From Candidatus Methanomethylophilaceae archaeon (GTDB lineage: Archaea > Thermoplasmatota > Thermoplasmata > Methanomassiliicoccales > Methanomethylophilaceae): a stretch of 64,000 bases of DNA. Within the stretch, counting starts at the first letter, position 1, and every line of letters begins with the position of its first letter. The position numbers and the translations under genes are program-made. The notes beneath the pieces are model-generated. The model had not been told where the DNA came from. It did no database searches and worked only from the letters and a program-made list of their open reading frames with translations. The DNA lies in NCBI GenBank assembly GCA_050950505.1, contig JBMNHS010000001.1, forward strand, positions 32,001 to 96,000, given 5' to 3'. Below are positions 59,086 to 64,000 of this stretch, one piece after another.

Positions 59086-59364
59086 CAGGCTATGTCAAAG
59101 CGACATCTCATTTAAAGGCTCCGCTGTTTTCGGGATGTGTTTTATATTTTACAACGTAAAAATGGCGATAAACTTAGTTTTTTACGATATTTCTACGAAA
59201 AATGCAAAGAATATACGAATATCGAATAAAAGAAGCGAAGGAAGCAGTTCCGACCGGGAGCTACCAATAAAATTGTATGACTATGCAAACACTAATTAAG
59301 TAAAGCCCTTATTCTGCACAAAGCACAATATGTGCTAAGTATTTTCCTATAACGAGGGACCAAG

Positions 59365-61680
59365 ATGGACAAAAGGATAGTAGACGTCAATGAGCTGCGT
59401 GTCGACGACATCCCGCTTGTGGGCGGCAAAGGTGCGAACCTTGGAGAACTCACTTCCGCGGGTTTTCCGGTTCCGGGTGCATTTGTATTGACGACCGAAT
59501 CTTACGATTACTTTTTTGAGGAGAATAAGCTTGGAAAGATAATCGACAAGGAACTCAAGACGATCGATGAAAACTCCGATCAAAGTCTTGCAGACGCTTC
59601 CGCCCGTATCAGAAAGGCTATCGAAAAGGGAGGAATTCCGAAGGACCTCGCAAAAGAGATAGTCACCAGTTACAACGGTTTGTTCCCCAAGGGAAAAAGG
59701 GGATTCGTCGCCGTCCGCTCAAGTGCGACGGCCGAAGATCTTCCCGACGCAAGCTTCGCGGGTCAGCAGGATACTTTCCTCAATGTGATCGGCGAAGAAG
59801 ATCTTCTGGACAAAATCCTGAGATGCTGGTCCTCGTTATTCACAGCCAGAGCCATATCCTACCGTCAGAAACAGGGATATGACACCGAAGACGTAAAGAT
59901 TGCCGTCGTTGTGCAGAAGATGGTCAATTCCGACCTTTCCGGCATAATGTTCACCGTCGACCCCGCTTCCGGAACCGATAGCATAATCATCGAAGCCGGA
60001 TACGGTCTCGGAGAAGCCATTGTCGGCGGGGAAGTGACCCCCGATATGTATTCCATTGACAAAAAAGAAATGAAAATCGAAAACGGGAAGACAAGAATCT
60101 CCACGCAGACCTGGAAATATGCCAAGGACGAAAAAGGAGGCACCGTCAAAGTCAACATCGATGCCGAACTTGCAAACGTTCAGAAACTTCCTGACGACAG
60201 AATCATGGAAATTGCCGAAATAGGCCGTCAGATCGAAATCCACTATCAGAAACCCATGGATGTGGAATGGTGCGTCGAGGACAATGCTGTTTACATCGTT
60301 CAGGCCCGCCCCATAACCGCCGTGGGTTCGTCTTCGAACGAAACTGCGGGAATGGACGTTTCCAAAGAAAACGTCATCACTTCCGGCATGGGCGCAAGTC
60401 CCGGTCTTGCTTCCGGACGCGTCGTGGTCTTTGACATGAGCATGAGTCTCGATCTGATCAAAGACGGGGACGTGCTGGTGACCACCATGACCATGCCCGA
60501 CATGGTTCCCGCAATGAGCAGAGCCGTTGCGATCGTAACCAACGAAGGGGGCATGACCTGTCACGCCGCCATTATTTCCAGAGAATTGGGCACACCCTGC
60601 GTTGTGGGCACCGGAGATGCCACCGATGTTCTCGAAGACGGCATGATAATTACCGTGGACGGAACCACGGGAACCGTTTACAAAGGAGAAATCAAGAAAA
60701 AATCCGCTTCCGACAAATCCGATGTCACGTACGTGAGCTCGGAATCCGTTCCGGTCACCGGAACCAAGATCATGGTCAACATGAGCATGCCTATGAAGGC
60801 CGAAGAGATTTCCGAACTTCCCTGCGACGGCGTCGGACTGATGAGAATCGAATTCCTGTTCACCAATTACATCGGAGAACACCCGATGTACGTCATCAAC
60901 GACGGAAGATCCGAAGAACTTGTTGAGAAACTCGCCGACGGAATTTCAAAGGTCGCAAGGGCATTCTACCCCAGACCCGTGGTTCTCAGAACCTCGGATT
61001 TCAAAACCAACGAATACCGTGACATGAAAGGCGGTTCCGATTACGAACCCAACGAAGACAATCCCATGATCGGATGGAGAGGCTGTTCGAGATACGTTTC
61101 CCCCGAATACGAGGAGGCCTTCATGTGCGAGCTTCGGGCCATCAAAAAGGTCAGGGACGACATGGGCCTGAAGAATCTGAACATCATGCTGCCTTTCGTG
61201 AGAACCGTTCAGGAAGTCAAAGACATAACCGCGATGATGGAAAGCGTCGGTCTCAAAAGAGGCATCGATCTGAAACTTTACCTTATGGCGGAAGTTCCGG
61301 TCAACATATTCATGGCGGAAGAGTTCTGCGAACACTGCGATGCGTTCTCCATCGGATCCAACGATCTGACCCAGCTTGTGTTGGGATGCGACAGGGATTC
61401 CGACATACTGGGAAGAATGGGTTATTTCGACGAAAGGAACGAAGGGGTCAAGAGAGCCATCAAGATGCTTATCGAAACCGCTCACAGAAACGGAAAGACC
61501 GTGAGCATCTGCGGACAGGGTCCTTCGGTTTACCCCGAATTCGCGGAATTCCTCGTTGAATGCGGAATCGATTCGATTTCCCTCAACCCCGACACCGTGA
61601 TTTCCACCCGGAAATCGATTGCGTCGGTGGAGCAGAGGATAATGCTCAGACAACTTCGCGAATTGCAGAAGAAACTCTGA
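59365..61680 (+). CDS. ppsA: phosphoenolpyruvate synthase
   Basis: VGGKGANLGE, AVRSSATAEDLP.ASFAGQQDT, GGMTCHAAI.SRE, SIGSNDLTQ, ICGQ. Confidence 0.96.
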   Translation: MDKRIVDVNELRVDDIPLVGGKGANLGELTSAGFPVPGAFVLTTESYDYFFEENKLGKIIDKELKTIDENSDQSLADASARIRKAIEKGGIPKDLAKEIVTSYNGLFPKGKRGFVAVRSSATAEDLPDASFAGQQDTFLNVIGEEDLLDKILRCWSSLFTARAISYRQKQGYDTEDVKIAVVVQKMVNSDLSGIMFTVDPASGTDSIIIEAGYGLGEAIVGGEVTPDMYSIDKKEMKIENGKTRISTQTWKYAKDEKGGTVKVNIDAELANVQKLPDDRIMEIAEIGRQIEIHYQKPMDVEWCVEDNAVYIVQARPITAVGSSSNETAGMDVSKENVITSGMGASPGLASGRVVVFDMSMSLDLIKDGDVLVTTMTMPDMVPAMSRAVAIVTNEGGMTCHAAIISRELGTPCVVGTGDATDVLEDGMIITVDGTTGTVYKGEIKKKSASDKSDVTYVSSESVPVTGTKIMVNMSMPMKAEEISELPCDGVGLMRIEFLFTNYIGEHPMYVINDGRSEELVEKLADGISKVARAFYPRPVVLRTSDFKTNEYRDMKGGSDYEPNEDNPMIGWRGCSRYVSPEYEEAFMCELRAIKKVRDDMGLKNLNIMLPFVRTVQEVKDITAMMESVGLKRGIDLKLYLMAEVPVNIFMAEEFCEHCDAFSIGSNDLTQLVLGCDRDSDILGRMGYFDERNEGVKRAIKMLIETAHRNGKTVSICGQGPSVYPEFAEFLVECGIDSISLNPDTVISTRKSIASVEQRIMLRQLRELQKKL

Positions 61681-61700
61681 ATCGCGGGGAATCCCGCGAT
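61681..61700. terminator. hairpin immediately after ppsA
   Basis: ATCGCGGG-GAAT-CCCGCGAT. Confidence 0.6.
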
Positions 61701-61729
61701 TGAAACATCTTACCCTGTTTTCAAATCGT

Positions 61730-62587
61730 TCATTCCATACGGGGTTCGCTGTTGTCCATCAGTCTCTGATTCAGAGCCGCGGCGTCCTCGTCGGGCAGCA
61801 TCATGGTGGCGGCTTCCATCAGGGGGTGTTTGGAACCTTCGATGATTTTAATGTCGTCCAAAGTCCTGAGGCCCCACTTTTCGGCCGTCTTTTCAAGACC
61901 CAGTTTAATGTCCAGGTTGTTGGGTTCCAAAACCACTGCTTTGAAAGAGGTCTGTCCCATTTTCTTTGCGGCCATCACTCTGTGGTGTCCGTCGACAACA
62001 AGATAACCGTTCCTTCTCTGAATGGCGATGATTGGTTCGTTGAGGCCGCGTTTGATTTCGTACTGCCTTCCGATGAGTTCGTCCATGTAAACTTCCTTCT
62101 GGGAAGGCAAGAGTCTGTTCATGGGAATGTCCCGGTTCACGATTTTCATTCTGATGTTGTTCTGCTGCTCAAGGAAATTCTTGACCATCATCACTTTGCC
62201 CGGTCGGGATTTTTCGATTTGGGATCTCACGATGTCTATGTTTGAGATTATCCCCACGAGTTTTCTGTTCTCATCCACCACCGGCAGATTCCTGAGCCCG
62301 TATCTGAAAAGAATCCTCGTGGCGTCTTCGATGGCCATGGACGGAACGGCACACAGAGTACCCCGGTTCATGACTTCCCGCATCTTCGCATCGGGGGTAT
62401 CGATGTGTTTCAGAAGTTCTTTGGCGGTGATGAACCCCAGCAGATATCCGTTTTCGGCAATGGGAAAACCGTGAAAACTCGATGAGATTATCTTCTCCCT
62501 GACCTCTCTGACGGTCATGCTGGGGGATACGGTCAAAACGTCCCTGATCATATATTCTGCAACTACGGGTCCAGTCAATTCATCCAC
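61730..62587 (-). CDS. CBS-pair plus ParB/Srx-like domain protein
   Basis: two CBS repeats, then L.PSQ...EPI......VVDGHHR. Confidence 0.82.
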   Translation of the reverse strand: MDELTGPVVAEYMIRDVLTVSPSMTVREVREKIISSSFHGFPIAENGYLLGFITAKELLKHIDTPDAKMREVMNRGTLCAVPSMAIEDATRILFRYGLRNLPVVDENRKLVGIISNIDIVRSQIEKSRPGKVMMVKNFLEQQNNIRMKIVNRDIPMNRLLPSQKEVYMDELIGRQYEIKRGLNEPIIAIQRRNGYLVVDGHHRVMAAKKMGQTSFKAVVLEPNNLDIKLGLEKTAEKWGLRTLDDIKIIEGSKHPLMEAATMMLPDEDAAALNQRLMDNSEPRME

Positions 62588-62700
62588 TCCGGAACGGGTA
62601 TGTACGGATACAGAACATTAAACTTATGAGGTTATCTGGCCGCACAGGCCGAAATCGTCTGATAACCTTATATATTGTTTCATATTTATGAGTCAATTAC

Positions 62701-62776
62701 GCCCCGGTAGTGTAGTGGCCTATCATGGAGCCCTGTCGAGGCTCCGACCCGGATTCAAATTCCGGCCGGGGCGCCA
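62701..62776 (+). tRNA. tRNA-Asp(GTC)
   Basis: GCCCCGG/CCGGGGC acceptor stem, GAGCC-CTGTCGA-GGCTC anticodon arm, TTCAAAT T-loop, encoded CCA. Confidence 0.95.
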
Positions 62777-62790
62777 CTTTTACACAAATT

Positions 62791-63585
62791 TCATGATTGT
62801 TGGCTGTTTGTCGCCGACCCGTACATCAAAACCATGTTTTTGCCGGTTTTCGGATCCTTCGTCAATTCGGCTTCAACATTGAACACCGTGCGCATGTTTT
62901 CCGAAGTGAGGACATCTTCCGTTTTCCCCATATCATGAATTTTGTGATTGTGGATCATCATTATTCTGTCGCAGTACCGGGCGGCCATCGATAAATCGTG
63001 AGACACTATCACCACGGTGAGTCCTTCTTCTTTGGACAGGGCGTGAATCAAATCCAGTATGTCGAACTGCGCGCTTATGTCCAAATGCAGCGTGGGTTCG
63101 TCCATCAGCAATATTTTCGGAGTCTGGGCGAGGGCCCTCGCAATGATTACTTTCTGCCGTTCTCCGCCGCTCATGGTGTTGATGTACCGTTCCGCCATAT
63201 TGGAAATTCCGGCCTTTTCGATGGCGTCGTCGATTATTGCTATGTCGTCATAGGAATCTCCCTGAAACGCTTCCTGGAAGGGCATTCTTCCCATGGAAAC
63301 TATTTCCCTCACGGTAAACGAGAATTTGATTTCGTTGGTTTGAGGTATAACGGCAATTTCCCGGGCGATTTCTTTCTTTTTCAGATCTTCCAGATCCGTG
63401 TCGTGAATCATCACGCATCCCCCTTTGGGACGGAGATTTTTGTTCAGGTTGCCCAACAGAGTGGTTTTTCCGCAACCGTTGGGGCCGATGATTCCCAGGA
63501 TCTCCCCCTGAACGAGATCGAAATTTATGTTTTCCAGCACCGGTTTTTCTTTGTAACTGTAACTGAGGTCTTTTGTGCGCAACAT
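62791..63585 (-). CDS. BtuD/FecE ABC ATPase
   Basis: GPNGCGKTT, MSGGERQ, MDEPT.HLD, HDL. Confidence 0.92.
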   Translation of the reverse strand: MLRTKDLSYSYKEKPVLENINFDLVQGEILGIIGPNGCGKTTLLGNLNKNLRPKGGCVMIHDTDLEDLKKKEIAREIAVIPQTNEIKFSFTVREIVSMGRMPFQEAFQGDSYDDIAIIDDAIEKAGISNMAERYINTMSGGERQKVIIARALAQTPKILLMDEPTLHLDISAQFDILDLIHALSKEEGLTVVIVSHDLSMAARYCDRIMMIHNHKIHDMGKTEDVLTSENMRTVFNVEAELTKDPKTGKNMVLMYGSATNSQQS

Positions 63586-64000
63586 CACCAACCGACCTCC
63601 CTCTTCCGCCTGCGGAGCAGGTATATGAAGTACGGAGCGCCGATGAGGGCCGTCAGTATGCCGACGGGCAACACGCCCAACGACTGAGCGATTATGTGGG
63701 CAAGGTAATCGCATCCCACCAGAAACACCCCTCCCGCCAGGAAGGAAATCGGAATCAGGGTCCGGTTGTCCGGGCCTATGAGAATTCTCATGATGTGGGG
63801 TATGACCAAGCCGACAAAACCTATGGTTCCCACAAAACACACGGCGGCGGCGGTAAGCATCGAAACGAAAACCAGCAGAGTGAGTCTTACTTTCTTCACA
63901 TCCACGCCCAGATTCATGGCGTGGGCGTCACCCATCATCATGGCGTTGATTTCTTTGGAATAATACGTTGCGACGGAGACTCCGATTGCCACCAAGGGTA
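63585..64000 (-). CDS. BtuC/FecCD permease (partial, runs off the window)
   Basis: GD..A..LGVD, GTIGFVGL.IPH, LPVGILTALIGAPYF. Confidence 0.9.
   Translation of the reverse strand, partial: PLVAIGVSVATYYSKEINAMMMGDAHAMNLGVDVKKVRLTLLVFVSMLTAAAVCFVGTIGFVGLVIPHIMRILIGPDNRTLIPISFLAGGVFLVGCDYLAHIIAQSLGVLPVGILTALIGAPYFIYLLRRRKREVGW

Noticed and set aside
1-64000. CRISPR arrays, IS elements, defence systems, reverse transcriptases
   Set aside because: I recognised no regularly spaced repeats and no corresponding protein motifs.

Overview
This is a gene-dense archaeal window. The inferred source is a Methanomassiliicoccales-type (Thermoplasmatota) methylotrophic methanogen, based on an unlinked 5S rRNA, TATA-driven mostly leaderless genes, a corrinoid/MtaA pair, ArcS/Dph5/Hef, and no TAG stop in any of the 60 called genes. 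Core content: the end of the his operon; an mtnP-hypF-AlkP-like-cobT run facing a cobinamide-salvage operon (cobD-cbiB-cbiZ-cobS-cobY); an ABC-2 exporter; dcd, trm5, dph5; acd; hef-lig-rpoL-truD; pyrBI; porGDAB and ppsA; tRNA-Gly, tRNA-Asp and 5S rRNA. Accessory content: a corrinoid-protein/MtaA-like/Cys-rich/hydantoinase-like operon, and an island of BtuF/FecB-type ABC importers with two SAM methyltransferases. Best leads: (1) an unassigned ~200-nt structured RNA with its own stable-RNA-type promoter at 26725-26920; (2) the methyltransferase operon, which has no substrate-specific MT1 but carries an ASKHA-type ATPase; (3) a 17-bp palindrome TTGGATG-N3-CATCCAA shared by the cob, methyltransferase and importer promoters; (4) a TACGA-N3-TCGTA motif shared by acd, por/pps and the RNA. 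All calls come from reading the sequence by eye; no searches were run.
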